Source: Myxococcota bacterium
GTDB lineage: Bacteria > Myxococcota_A > UBA9160 > UBA6930
Direction: 5' to 3'
DNA: 64,000 bases
Assembly: GCA_965223705.1 (NCBI GenBank)
Contig: OZ245015.1
Location: 3,456,001-3,520,000 of the forward strand
Part shown: piece by piece, positions 9,543 to 19,044 of the stretch
Layout: the number at the start of each line of letters is the position of its first letter
How positions within the stretch are numbered: position 1 is the first letter of the stretch
Notes under the pieces: generated by a model
Database searches by the model: none
The model's input: the letters and a program-made list of their open reading frames with translations, nothing else
What the model was told of the DNA's origin: nothing
Translations under genes and position numbers: made by a program

Positions 9543-10970
9543 TCAACCCGATGCTCGTGTGAGCTCGGGTCGCGCGCGATGCCAATCCGTTGCGCACTGA
9601 AAAGCGTGCACGGTGTTGAGCACCCGACCCTCGGCAAAGGCCGGCCCCACGATCTGCAGGCTTACCGGCAAGCCGTCCGAGTCCCGGCCGCACGGCGCGA
9701 CAACGGCCGGGAGACCCGTGAGATTGAACGGCTCGGTGTTGCGGAGCAACGCGCCAAACACGCTGTCGTCTACGCCGTTGACCTCGACCGTCGCCTGGCC
9801 CATGGGCGTCGCGGTAATCGGCGTCGCGGGCGTCGCGATCACGTCGACGTCCGAGAACAGCCGAGCCAGCTCTTTCCCGAAGAGCGTGCGAAACCGCTGC
9901 GCGTGAAGGTAGTCCTTCGCGAGCAGTTGATCGCCCAGCTCGAGGAAGGCCCGCACCTGTTCGCTGTACAGCTCGGCGCGGTCGCCGAGCGTGTCGTCGT
10001 GATAGGCCGTCGCTTCGGCGAGGTAGATCGCAAGCGCCGCACCGGCGGCATGCTCCGCGTTGGCCACGGCGATCGGCACAAGTCGCGCGCCCTGCGCCAC
10101 GAGCACTTCGAGGGCGTTGTCCACGCAGGCGACGACCTCGGCCTGCGCCCGATCGAAGAACATCGAACGGGGCACACCGATTCGCAGCCCTGACACATCA
10201 CCCGTCAACTGCGTGCCGTAGTCCGGGACCGGCGCCGCTGACGTAGCCTCGTCGGCCGGGTCTTGACCCGCAACCGCCTGCAAGAAAAGCGCTGCGTCGC
10301 GGGCCGAATGCGCTAGCGGCCCGGTGTGGTCCATGCTCCAGCACAGGGGCAATACCCCGGCGCGTGACACGCGCCCGTAGGTCGGCTTGAGACCGGTGAG
10401 GCCGCACAGGGATGACGGCATGCGGATGGATCCACCGGTGTCACTACCGCTCGCGATTGGAACCAGACCTGCCGCGACGGCGGCGCCCGATCCACCGCTT
10501 GAACCGCCAGAAATGCGGGACGTATCCCACGGATTCGCTACCGGCCCGAACATCGACACCTCGTTGGTCGGTCCGTACGCGAACTCGTGGGTGTTCGTCT
10601 TGCCGATCGTGATCATGCCGGCTTCACGCAGCCGCTTGACGACGGTGGCGTCCTCGCTCGGGACATGGTTCTCGAGGACCCGAGAACCGCCTGTCGTGCG
10701 CAGGCCCGCCGTGGCGTACAAATCCTTGTGTGCGACAGGGACCCCGTGCAGAGCGCCTCGATACGCTCCGTCGCCGATGCTCCGTTCCGCCTTCCGCGCG
10801 GCCGACAAGGCGCCTTCGGCGTCAATCGTGACGAGTGCATTCAGCGAATCGTTCAACGCCTCGGTGCGATCGAGACAAGCCTGAGTGACCTCGACCGGTG
10901 AAACCTCGCGCGCCTCAATCAGTTGAGCCAGCTCATGCACTTCGAGGGCTGCCAACTCAGTCGCTTTCAT
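9543..10970 (-). CDS. Amidase signature family enzyme (GatA/AtzE-like)
   Basis: HKD, GGSSGGS and GSDTGGSIRMP (Lys-cisSer-Ser triad). Start MKATEL at 10970. Confidence 0.93.
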   Translation of the reverse strand: MKATELAALEVHELAQLIEAREVSPVEVTQACLDRTEALNDSLNALVTIDAEGALSAARKAERSIGDGAYRGALHGVPVAHKDLYATAGLRTTGGSRVLENHVPSEDATVVKRLREAGMITIGKTNTHEFAYGPTNEVSMFGPVANPWDTSRISGGSSGGSGAAVAAGLVPIASGSDTGGSIRMPSSLCGLTGLKPTYGRVSRAGVLPLCWSMDHTGPLAHSARDAALFLQAVAGQDPADEATSAAPVPDYGTQLTGDVSGLRIGVPRSMFFDRAQAEVVACVDNALEVLVAQGARLVPIAVANAEHAAGAALAIYLAEATAYHDDTLGDRAELYSEQVRAFLELGDQLLAKDYLHAQRFRTLFGKELARLFSDVDVIATPATPITATPMGQATVEVNGVDDSVFGALLRNTEPFNLTGLPAVVAPCGRDSDGLPVSLQIVGPAFAEGRVLNTVHAFQCATDWHRARPELTRASG

Positions 10971-11166
10971 CGGTCGCCTCCGGGCGAAAAACGGTCGCCG
11001 GTTCGACTTCTTTGAGCGGCAAGGCGCGCAAACCATCGAGTAGCTGCAGGATGGGCTCAAACGCTTCGGCGTATGCCGCAGCGCGCGCCGCTTCGATCGG
11101 GTGACCCGCGTTCTCCGCGGCGACCCGCGCAATCGTTTCGGCCGTGATGGCCTTCCGTCGTTCCAT
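10957..11166 (-). CDS. Small amidase partner subunit (AtzG/HpxX/GatC-like)
   Basis: 69 aa helical protein ending EPATVFRP, overlapping the amidase start by 14 nt. Confidence 0.65.
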   Translation of the reverse strand: MERRKAITAETIARVAAENAGHPIEAARAAAYAEAFEPILQLLDGLRALPLKEVEPATVFRPEATDESD

Positions 11167-11174
11167 ACGCGTTC

Positions 11175-11330
11175 TCAACTCGCCCAACCGAGTTCTCGGC
11201 TCAAGAGGTGAATACTGGCGGTAGCACTCGGCCGCCCGCCCGCGCTCTCTTCTTGCATCAAATCGATTTTCTCTTCCGAGAACATGCGAACGACCCGAGG
11301 GTTCGGGCCGTAGGATTCGATGAGCTTCAT
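11175..11330 (-). pseudogene. Glutathione S-transferase N-terminal remnant
   Basis: GAGGA RBS, then MKLIESYGPNPRVVRMFSEEK|IDLMQEE. This resembles a bacterial GST N-terminus (GPNPRxVRMF..EK) and then degenerates. Confidence 0.65.
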
Positions 11331-11352
11331 GGTGTCCTCATGGGTTGATCGG

Positions 11353-12369
11353 TCAGGAAGTCCATGCCGAGAATGCGTTGATGATCGCTGCGTGATTGGC
11401 CTTCGTCTGTTCCGGCAGGACAGAAAACGTCGGCGAGTAAAGAAGAAGCGTGTCGACGAGGCCCTCGAAGGCTCGCGCTTGTCGCCGCACGTCATCCGGA
11501 GTGCCGGCCAACGCAAGGGTTTCGACCATATCGTCCGTCACGCTGTCGATCATCGTTTCGACGTCAGCGGCGGCGAACGCGCCCCGGATCTTTTCCTTCG
11601 CGTCGCCGAACCCCAGCGGATCGAGCACGATGTCGAAATAGGGAAGCGTGGCGTAGAACGCGATCGCGTGTCGCGCGAGGCGCCGCGCCGCGGCCGCATC
11701 GCTATCCACCGCACAGATCTTGAGGGTGGTGTACTCAAACGCTTCCTCGTCCCTTCCCGCGCGCGCTAGACCGCGCTGGACGTTCGGGCGCGCGATCTCT
11801 TTAAAGTACTGCGGCGTATTCAGGGTGTTGGCGATCAGCCCGTTGGCGACTTCGCCGCAGAGCTGCAGCATGTTCGGTTGGACCGCCGCCAGATAGATCG
11901 GAACCTCGGGAAAGGGCGCCGGGATGAAACGGTGGTATCCGCGGACTCGGATGATCTTGCCGTCGTAGTCGACGGGGTCGTTGAGAGAGCCGGTCCACAT
12001 CGTGCGGATGCAAGCGATGTAATCGCGCATGCGCGCGACCGGCTGCGTGACCTCGAGCCCGTGCCAGTCTGCGTTCCACGCCGGCGGCGCGGTGCCGAGA
12101 CCGAGAATGAAATTCTGGTTCGTCAGTTCCGCCATGGTCTGCGCCGCCGTCTCGGCCAGCATCGGCGGGCGGGCAAACGTGGCGACGGCCGTGCCGTAGC
12201 GCACGCCGGGCGCAACGCTCACCATGGCAGCGAGCGGTGTGAACGCGTCCCGTCCGAGCTCGGTCGTCCACAGGCTGTCCACGCCAGCGTCGGCTGCGTC
12301 CAGCGCGTAAGCGAGACATTCGTCGAGGCTCAAATTCTCACCGGAAAAGACGAGGCCCCACTTGAGCAT
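11353..12369 (-). CDS. LLM class oxidoreductase (Mer-like, possibly F420-dependent)
   Basis: GTAVA, FILGLG, PIYLAAV and LAGTPDDV motifs. Confidence 0.85.
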   Translation of the reverse strand: MLKWGLVFSGENLSLDECLAYALDAADAGVDSLWTTELGRDAFTPLAAMVSVAPGVRYGTAVATFARPPMLAETAAQTMAELTNQNFILGLGTAPPAWNADWHGLEVTQPVARMRDYIACIRTMWTGSLNDPVDYDGKIIRVRGYHRFIPAPFPEVPIYLAAVQPNMLQLCGEVANGLIANTLNTPQYFKEIARPNVQRGLARAGRDEEAFEYTTLKICAVDSDAAAARRLARHAIAFYATLPYFDIVLDPLGFGDAKEKIRGAFAAADVETMIDSVTDDMVETLALAGTPDDVRRQARAFEGLVDTLLLYSPTFSVLPEQTKANHAAIINAFSAWTS

Positions 12370-12433
12370 GACGTGACTCCACCCTTCAGTCGCGCGGAGC
12401 TTGGCCTAGGAGCAACTCCGTTGCCAATGCGCT

Positions 12434-13300
12434 TCAGACGTCCGCGCTCTCGAGGACCGCAGCGCAAAGACGCACCAGCTCTTCGTGAGACGCGTCGGCG
12501 CTGCGTCCGCTGGTTTCGAGCTGGATGTCGGCCAAGCTGTAGCTCGGCTCTCGCTCCGCCAGGATGAGACGGAGATCGTCCATCGATCGAGCGTTCCCGC
12601 GCATCGGTCGCAGATCACCCTGCAGGACCACGCGTTGCATGTGATCTTCGGGGTCGGCCCGCAGCCAAACCGTGAGATACGCATCGCGAAGCCGAGCAAA
12701 CGTCGACGTCTCACTGACGAGGCTACCGCCCGCCTCTACCACGGCGCGGGGATGCTTTGCGATCGTGTCCTCGAGGGCCTCCCGTTCCAGGCGCCGATAC
12801 GCGCGTTGGCCGCCGACGGAGAACACTTCGTCGACCTCGAGCCCGCCGATGCGAACGATGAGATCGCTCAGACGCACAAACGGCACGCCGTGATGCTGGG
12901 CCAAGCGACGTCCGAGGGTCGTCTTGCCCGCGCCGCGCAGGCCGATGAGCGCGACGCCCTGCTTCGTTGGCGCTTTCCCTGCGAAGTGTTCGGAGAGGAG
13001 CTCATGCGCTTCGATTCGCTGCTCGGCCCCGAGGTTCGCGAGCAAGCGATCGAGCGCCGATTCCGCGTCGGCGCCCGACGGGCCCGTCGCGAGGATCGTA
13101 TCGAACGGGGCACCCATCGCTTCGGCGATTCGCCACAGGACACCCACCGAGGGGTTGGCTGCGCCCCGCTCGAGGTCGGCCAGATAGCGCTCTGAAACGT
13201 CGGCGTGGACGGAAAGATCGCGGCGCGTCATTCCGCGTGCGGCCCGGAAGCCGCGGATACGCTCGCCCAGGTGTCGGAGATGGGCCTCTACCGAACTCAT
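12434..13300 (-). CDS. boxR: Benzoyl-CoA-responsive repressor (XRE HTH + shikimate kinase-like domain), BoxR/BzdR family
   Basis: HTH (SERYLADLERG.ANPS), P-loop GLRGAGKTT, DHMQRVVLQGDLRPM. Divergent from boxC. Confidence 0.9.
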   Translation of the reverse strand: MSSVEAHLRHLGERIRGFRAARGMTRRDLSVHADVSERYLADLERGAANPSVGVLWRIAEAMGAPFDTILATGPSGADAESALDRLLANLGAEQRIEAHELLSEHFAGKAPTKQGVALIGLRGAGKTTLGRRLAQHHGVPFVRLSDLIVRIGGLEVDEVFSVGGQRAYRRLEREALEDTIAKHPRAVVEAGGSLVSETSTFARLRDAYLTVWLRADPEDHMQRVVLQGDLRPMRGNARSMDDLRLILAEREPSYSLADIQLETSGRSADASHEELVRLCAAVLESADV

Positions 13301-13335
13301 TGGCGATATAATGCCGAACATGTATTATATTGCAA
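13301..13335. promoter_or_regulatory. Putative BoxR operator(s) in the boxR/boxC divergent promoter
   Basis: TGTA-TTATAT-TGCA at 13321-13334 matches the TGCA-N6-TGCA box known for BzdR/BoxR with one mismatch. A degenerate second copy (GGCGATATAATGCC) lies at 13302-13315. Confidence 0.7.
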
Positions 13336-13356
13336 CTTCGGATCGAGGTAATCAGG

Positions 13357-15000
13357 TTGGCCCAGCGAATCGCCTTCGACACCCATCCTTCCAAATACCG
13401 CCATTGGCAACTCCGCGTCGCCGAGGGCATCGCCACCCTCGCGATGGCGGTCGACGAAACCGGGGCGCTCGCCGAAGACGCGGACTACGAGCTCAAACTG
13501 AACAGCTACGACCTCGGCGTCGACATCGAGTTGGCCGATGCGCTGGAGCGGATCCGGTTCGAACAACCCGACGTGCGCGCGCTCGTGATTCGCAGCGCCC
13601 GCGACAACGTGTTCTGCTCCGGCGCGAACATCTACATGCTGCGCGATACGAGCCACGGACTGAAAGTGAACTTCTGCAAGTTCACGAACGAGACACGTCT
13701 CTACCTGGAAGAGCTCTCCGCCGAGAGTCGCATTCCAACCATCGCCGCACTGAACGGCACGGCATCGGGGGGAGGCTACGAACTCGCCCTAGCGTGCGAC
13801 AAGATTCTGTTGCAAGACGATGGGAACAGCGCCGTCAGTCTCCCGGAAGTTCCGCTGCTCGGTGTGCTCCCTGGAACGGGAGGGCTTACGCGCTTGGTGG
13901 ACAAGCGAAAGGTCCGGCGCGATCGCGCCGACTTCTTCTCCACTACCGCGGAAGGAGTACGCGGTAAACGCGCCGTCGCCTGGGGGCTCGTCGACGCGGC
14001 GGCTCCGAAGAGCCGCTTTGAAGACGCGCTGGAAGAAATCGTCGGCAACCTGGTTGCGGGCATCCCGGAACGCGATGAGCCCGGTATCGAGCTGACGCCC
14101 CTCAACCCGACGCGCGGCGAAGGCGAGACGCGTTACCGCCACGTGAGTATTCGCCTGCGCGAGGGAGGCCGCGTCGCGGACCTCTGCGTTGAGGGTCCCG
14201 CCGAACCTCCGCCGAACCGGGTGGAGGACCTGCGCGCCATCGGCGCTGATGCGTGGTCGCTGCGCGCGTTCCGCGAATTGGATGACGCGGTTCTCGACCT
14301 GCGTCTGAACCATTCCGAGGTCGGTGTCGTCGTCCTGTCGACGCGGGGAGATCTCGATCGGGTGCGCTTGTGGGATGAAGCGCTGGCGAAATTCGCGCAA
14401 GACGATTGGTTCGCGCGCGAGATCCTTCTCCACGCGCGCCGCGTGCTGAAGCGCGTCGATCAAAGCGCGCGCACGGTGTTCGCCTTGATCGAGCCCGGCT
14501 CTTGCTTTGCCGGATCTCTGTTCGAGCTGGCGCTCGCCGCGGACCGGAGCTTCATGCTCGACGAAGCTGACGGCCCACAGATCGCTCTGTCGCCGCTGTC
14601 CTTCGGTCCCCTGCCGATGGCGAATGGTCTGTCGCGTCTCGAGACGCGCTTTCTCGGAGAACCCGAACGCCTCGAGAAGCTTCGCGAGTCGACCGGGCCC
14701 CGGGGCGCCGCGGAAGCCCTCGACGCCGGGCTCGTCACCTTCGCACCCGACGACATCGACTGGGCGGACGAGGTGCGACTCGCGGTCGAAGAGCGCGCGT
14801 CCTTCTCGCCCGATGCCCTCACCGGTCTCGAAGCGAACCTGCGCTTTGCCGGACCCGAGACGATGGAAACCAAGATTTTCGGCCGCCTCAGCGCATGGCA
14901 GAATTGGATTTTCCAGCGCCCCAACGCGGTGGGCGAAGCCGGTGCACTGTCGCGCTACGGCTCCACCCAGCGACCCGAATTTGACACGCGGCGGACCTAG
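13357..15000 (+). CDS. boxC: 2,3-epoxybenzoyl-CoA dihydrolase
   Basis: LKLNSYDLGVDIELADA, KVNFCKFTNETR and ETKIFGRLSAWQNWIFQRPNAVG. TTG start after GAGG. Confidence 0.95.
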   Translation: MAQRIAFDTHPSKYRHWQLRVAEGIATLAMAVDETGALAEDADYELKLNSYDLGVDIELADALERIRFEQPDVRALVIRSARDNVFCSGANIYMLRDTSHGLKVNFCKFTNETRLYLEELSAESRIPTIAALNGTASGGGYELALACDKILLQDDGNSAVSLPEVPLLGVLPGTGGLTRLVDKRKVRRDRADFFSTTAEGVRGKRAVAWGLVDAAAPKSRFEDALEEIVGNLVAGIPERDEPGIELTPLNPTRGEGETRYRHVSIRLREGGRVADLCVEGPAEPPPNRVEDLRAIGADAWSLRAFRELDDAVLDLRLNHSEVGVVVLSTRGDLDRVRLWDEALAKFAQDDWFAREILLHARRVLKRVDQSARTVFALIEPGSCFAGSLFELALAADRSFMLDEADGPQIALSPLSFGPLPMANGLSRLETRFLGEPERLEKLRESTGPRGAAEALDAGLVTFAPDDIDWADEVRLAVEERASFSPDALTGLEANLRFAGPETMETKIFGRLSAWQNWIFQRPNAVGEAGALSRYGSTQRPEFDTRRT

Positions 15001-15023
15001 AAGTCGCGGAGGAACGTTACGCC

Positions 15024-16442
15024 ATGACCGCAGTCGAACTGAACGAGAAGATTCCCAACAACGTCGCGCTCTCCGAGGACCGACGGTTGCAGCGCGCCCT
15101 CGAGGCGTGGCAACCGAAGTTCCTCGACTGGTGGCGAGAGATGGGGCCGATGGGGTTCCTCGACAACGACGTGTACCTCCGAACAGCCATCAGCACCGAA
15201 CCCGGAGGTTGGGCCAACTTCGACTACGTCAAGATGCCCGACTATCGCTGGGGCATCTTCCTCGCCGATGCCGAGCCCGATCGCCGCATCGGCTTCGGAG
15301 ACGAGCTCGGGAAGCCGGTGTGGCAAGAAGTGCCCGGTGAGCACCGGGGAACGCTGCGGCGGCTCATCGTCACCCAGGGAGACACCGAGCCCGCGAGCGT
15401 CGAGCAACAGCGAAGGCTCGGGCAGACTTGTCCGAGCCTCTACGACCTGCGCAACCTGTTCCAAGTGAACGTCGAGGAGGGGCGGCACCTCTGGGCCATG
15501 GTCTACCTCCTCCACACGTATTTCGGCCGCGATGGACGCGAAGAAGCGGAAACCTTGGTCGAGCGACGCAGCGGCGACATCGACAACCCGAGAATCCTGG
15601 GCGCCTTCAACGCGCCGATCGACGACTGGCTTTCCTTCTTCATGTTCACCTACTTCACAGACCGCGACGGGAAGTACCAGCTGCTGGCGCTCGCCGAGAG
15701 CGCTTTCGACCCGCTGTCGAGAACGACTCGTTTCATGCTGACCGAAGAAGCGCACCATATGTTTGTGGGAGAAACCGGGGTCCAGCGCATTGTCGAACGG
15801 ACGGCTGAAGTCCTGCAGGAGAATCCCGATGCCGACCTCCACGCGATGGGTTGTCTCGATCTGCCTCTTCTGCAGCGCTACATGAACTTCTGGTATTCGA
15901 TCTCGCTCGACTTGTTCGGTGGCGAGGTGTCGAGCAATGCCGCCGCGTATTTCGCGTCGGGTATCAAGGGACGCGCCTACGAAGAGCGCTTTGAGGATCA
16001 CGTCGCGCTCGACGCGACGCACCGAATCGCTGTGCCCGAAGGCGGGGGCCTTGTCGACCGAGATGTCCCCTTGCGCAACGCGATGAACGAAGTCTTGCGC
16101 GACGCCTATGCCGAGGATTCCGCACGCGGCGTCGCGAAGTGGAACCGCGTTCTCGAGCGAAACGGAATCGACTATCGGTTCACGCTCCCCTCGACGCGCT
16201 TCAATCGCAAACAGGGCCTCTACGCGGACTTCTTTTTCACGCCGGAAGGCGAACCCACGAGTGAAGAAGCCTGGCAAGCCCAGCGCGACGCGTGGTTGCC
16301 CACGGAATCGGACTACGCGTACGTTCGAAGCATCATGCAGAAGCCGGTGACAGAGCCGGGGCAAATGGCGAACTGGATCGCTCCTCCGAAGAGTGGCATC
16401 AAAGGACGGCCGGTCGACTACGAGTACGTGCGGTTCGAGTAA
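15024..16442 (+). CDS. boxB: Benzoyl-CoA 2,3-epoxidase di-iron subunit
   Basis: KIPNNV, YVKMPDYRWGIFL, QGDTEPASVEQQ and di-iron ExxH motifs EEGRH and EEAHH. Confidence 0.96.
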   Translation: MTAVELNEKIPNNVALSEDRRLQRALEAWQPKFLDWWREMGPMGFLDNDVYLRTAISTEPGGWANFDYVKMPDYRWGIFLADAEPDRRIGFGDELGKPVWQEVPGEHRGTLRRLIVTQGDTEPASVEQQRRLGQTCPSLYDLRNLFQVNVEEGRHLWAMVYLLHTYFGRDGREEAETLVERRSGDIDNPRILGAFNAPIDDWLSFFMFTYFTDRDGKYQLLALAESAFDPLSRTTRFMLTEEAHHMFVGETGVQRIVERTAEVLQENPDADLHAMGCLDLPLLQRYMNFWYSISLDLFGGEVSSNAAAYFASGIKGRAYEERFEDHVALDATHRIAVPEGGGLVDRDVPLRNAMNEVLRDAYAEDSARGVAKWNRVLERNGIDYRFTLPSTRFNRKQGLYADFFFTPEGEPTSEEAWQAQRDAWLPTESDYAYVRSIMQKPVTEPGQMANWIAPPKSGIKGRPVDYEYVRFE

Positions 16443-16458
16443 GACGGAGGAAACGGCC

Positions 16459-16857
16459 ATCGAGCTACACCACCGATCGGGCCAGGTGGCATCCGAGCAC
16501 CTCGACGCCGCGGTCGAGCTATTCACCGAGATTCTCGATCTCAAGGAGATCTTTCGTCTCCCCGGCACCTCCTTTCTTCAGGCCGAGACGGGTTCCGTCG
16601 CCATCCAGCTGATCGCAAGACCGGCCCTACGCGCTCAGGAGAAGAAGCAGCTGTCGCATGTGGGATTCGTCTCGGACAACCCCGAGCGGGACCGCGAACG
16701 CATTCGCGAGTTTCTCGCGTCGCGGGGCTTCGTAACCACCCTCGGCCAGTGGTCTCCGCGGGAGCTCTGGGTCGACGCGCCGGAGATCTTCTACGACTTC
16801 GTCATTGAGGTGTTTGACCGCACGCTTCTGGAAGAAGTGATGCGCTCGGCCACGTAG
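16459..16857 (+). CDS. VOC/glyoxalase family protein, apparent ATC start
   Basis: (I/M)ELHH...SHVGF...FVIE metal-ligand pattern. GGAGG lies 8 nt before ATC 16459. Confidence 0.65.
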   Translation: MELHHRSGQVASEHLDAAVELFTEILDLKEIFRLPGTSFLQAETGSVAIQLIARPALRAQEKKQLSHVGFVSDNPERDRERIREFLASRGFVTTLGQWSPRELWVDAPEIFYDFVIEVFDRTLLEEVMRSAT

Positions 16858-16867
16858 CACGACGCGC

Positions 16868-19033
16868 TCAACCCGCTTCTACGGTGATCGGGAGTGCGCT
16901 GAACGCCGCGGTCCCCGTGAGCGGATCGATCCGCTGATCGTCGTTTAGCGCATTCACGTTGGCTCCGGGCTGGAGCGACTCCGCTACCGAAAGGCGAGCG
17001 CCTCGTCCGTCGTGCCCGAATCCGTGGGGAAGGCTCACCACGCCGGGCATCATCTCATCGCTGATCTCGAGCGGCGCTTTGACCCGCCCTACCCTTGAAG
17101 CCACCCATACGTCTTTCCCGGCCTCGAGACCCAAACGCTGCGCGTCGATCGGATTCATGTAGAGGGTGCAGCGCGCCTTGCCCTTCGCGAACGCGGGAAG
17201 GTTATGGAACCACGAGTTGTTCGAACGCATTTGTCGTCGTCCGACCATGACGAGCGGGGGTCGCGACTCGGCGAGCTTCTCGTGAAGACGCGGGAGGTCG
17301 GCGAGCATGGCGTCGGGAGCGAGATCGATCTTTGCATCGCCCGTGGCGAGCCGCTCCGGAAGCGCTGTCGTGAGCGGCCCGAGATCGATCCCGTGCGGTG
17401 ACTGACGTAGCTTCGCGAGCGACATGTCCTCGGTCGCGGCATGCGGACCACTGCGGAGCATCAGATCGAGGAGCTGCTGCGGCAAGCTCTCGTCGCTGGA
17501 AACCGAGTTCGGGTCAACTCGACGGCTCTTCGCCATGCCCGCGAGAAGCTCGGTTTCGAGTTGCGCGACAGATTCACCGCGGAGTCGCGACGCGAGTTCA
17601 AGGGAGACCTGCCAGGGATGAAGAAGCCCGGGTTCGGGATCGAGGACCGGCGGGCAGTACTTGGCGAAGTTCCGGACGGCCTGGGCGTGAAAGGCGAGTC
17701 CGTAGTTCTCGCGCACGAGGCCTGTTGTCGTGGGCAAAACGACGTCTGCGTGCCGAGTCGTCTCGTTCAGGTAGAGATCGATCGAGACCATAAACTCGAG
17801 ATCGCGCAAGGCTTCGTCGAGGCGTGTCGCGTTGGGCGTAGAGAGCACGGGATTACCCGCGATAGTCAGCAAACCGCGCACTTGCTCTGGCCCCGGCGTA
17901 TCGATTTCCTCGGCGAGAGCCGCCACCGGAAGCTCGCCGGCGAACTCCGGCAACCCGCGCACGCGGCTAGTCCAGCGGCCTAAAGGCACGGGGCGCGAGG
18001 AAACGCGGTTCGAATCGTGGGCCGTGAGCGGGAACATGGCGCCACCCGCTTCGTCGAGGTTGCCTGTCACGGCGTTGAGCGCGTCGACGAGCCAGCTGGC
18101 CAAGCTGCCGAACGATTGTGTTGTGGTGCCCATCCTTCCGTAGCAAACCGCGCGTCGCGCCCCGGCGAACTGCCGGGCGATGTCCCGAATCGTCGCTGGG
18201 GCGATTCCCGTGACGGCTTCGACGCTCTCCGGTGCGAAGGAGCGAGCGGCTTCCTCGAGCGCTTCGATTCCGCGCAGAGAACCGGCGAGTCGTCCCGGTG
18301 CGGCGAGCCCCTCATCGAAAACGGTGTGGAGGGCGGCGAGCAGGAAAAACGCGTCGCCGTCGGGTCGCAGGAAATGATGCTCGTCCGCTACCGCGGCGGT
18401 TTCGCTGCGGCGTGGATCGAGGACGACGAGTCGTCCGCCGCGTTCGCGCAGTGCGCGAAGCCGGCCGGGGAAGTCCGGTGCCGTCATCAAGCTCCCGTTC
18501 GACACGAGAGGGTTGGCACCGAGCACCAAGAAGAAGTCGGTGCGGTCGATGTCAGGAACCGCCAGCATCGAGGGACTTCCGAACATGAGACCCGAGCTCA
18601 GCATCTTGGGGAGTTGATCCACGCTCGTGGCGGAGAAGCGCCACTTCGTTCCCAACGCGCGCTGCAGGGTAGGGTTGACCAGCATCGAGGCATAGTCGTG
18701 GATGTTGGGGTTTCCCAAGTAGGTCGCGACAGCGTTCGCGCCGTGGGTGACGCGCACGCGGAGAAGTCCCTCCGCTGCGCGGTCGAGGGCCTCCTCCATC
18801 GAGACCTCTCGGAACTCACCATCGATCTTCACCAACGGACGGCGGAGACGGTCCGGATCCTCATCGAGCCCCTTGAGGGCGTAGGCCTTGGGGCAGATGT
18901 AGCCCCGGCTCAGCGGGTCGTTCGCGTCGCCGCGAACGGTGATGACACGCCGTGCCGATCGATCGACCTCGACGGCGATTCCGCAGTGCGCTTCGCAAAA
19001 CGAACAACTTCGATGGACGATTTCCGTGGTCAT
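16868..19033 (-). CDS. Molybdopterin (bis-MGD) oxidoreductase with N-terminal 4Fe-4S cluster, no Tat signal
   Basis: CSFCEAHC...GYICPKA, GANPLVSNGS, NETTRHADVVLP and C-terminal molydop-binding domain. Confidence 0.92.
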   Translation of the reverse strand: MTTEIVHRSCSFCEAHCGIAVEVDRSARRVITVRGDANDPLSRGYICPKAYALKGLDEDPDRLRRPLVKIDGEFREVSMEEALDRAAEGLLRVRVTHGANAVATYLGNPNIHDYASMLVNPTLQRALGTKWRFSATSVDQLPKMLSSGLMFGSPSMLAVPDIDRTDFFLVLGANPLVSNGSLMTAPDFPGRLRALRERGGRLVVLDPRRSETAAVADEHHFLRPDGDAFFLLAALHTVFDEGLAAPGRLAGSLRGIEALEEAARSFAPESVEAVTGIAPATIRDIARQFAGARRAVCYGRMGTTTQSFGSLASWLVDALNAVTGNLDEAGGAMFPLTAHDSNRVSSRPVPLGRWTSRVRGLPEFAGELPVAALAEEIDTPGPEQVRGLLTIAGNPVLSTPNATRLDEALRDLEFMVSIDLYLNETTRHADVVLPTTTGLVRENYGLAFHAQAVRNFAKYCPPVLDPEPGLLHPWQVSLELASRLRGESVAQLETELLAGMAKSRRVDPNSVSSDESLPQQLLDLMLRSGPHAATEDMSLAKLRQSPHGIDLGPLTTALPERLATGDAKIDLAPDAMLADLPRLHEKLAESRPPLVMVGRRQMRSNNSWFHNLPAFAKGKARCTLYMNPIDAQRLGLEAGKDVWVASRVGRVKAPLEISDEMMPGVVSLPHGFGHDGRGARLSVAESLQPGANVNALNDDQRIDPLTGTAAFSALPITVEAG

Positions 19034-19044
19034 AGTCGGCCCCT

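Noticed and set aside
9543..11166. gatCA of the tRNA-dependent amidotransferase
   Set aside because: There is no gatB, the small protein is shorter than GatC, and the context is catabolic.
12434..13300. Shikimate kinase aroK
   Set aside because: The N-terminal XRE HTH and position next to boxC identify it as a BoxR/BzdR-type regulator.
14997..16568. Long antisense ORF (523 aa) opposite boxB, and similar ones such as 54392-56416, 57612-58889 and 18017-19264
   Set aside because: Shadow ORFs are expected from high-GC codon bias. They have no recognisable motifs and fully overlap well-supported genes.
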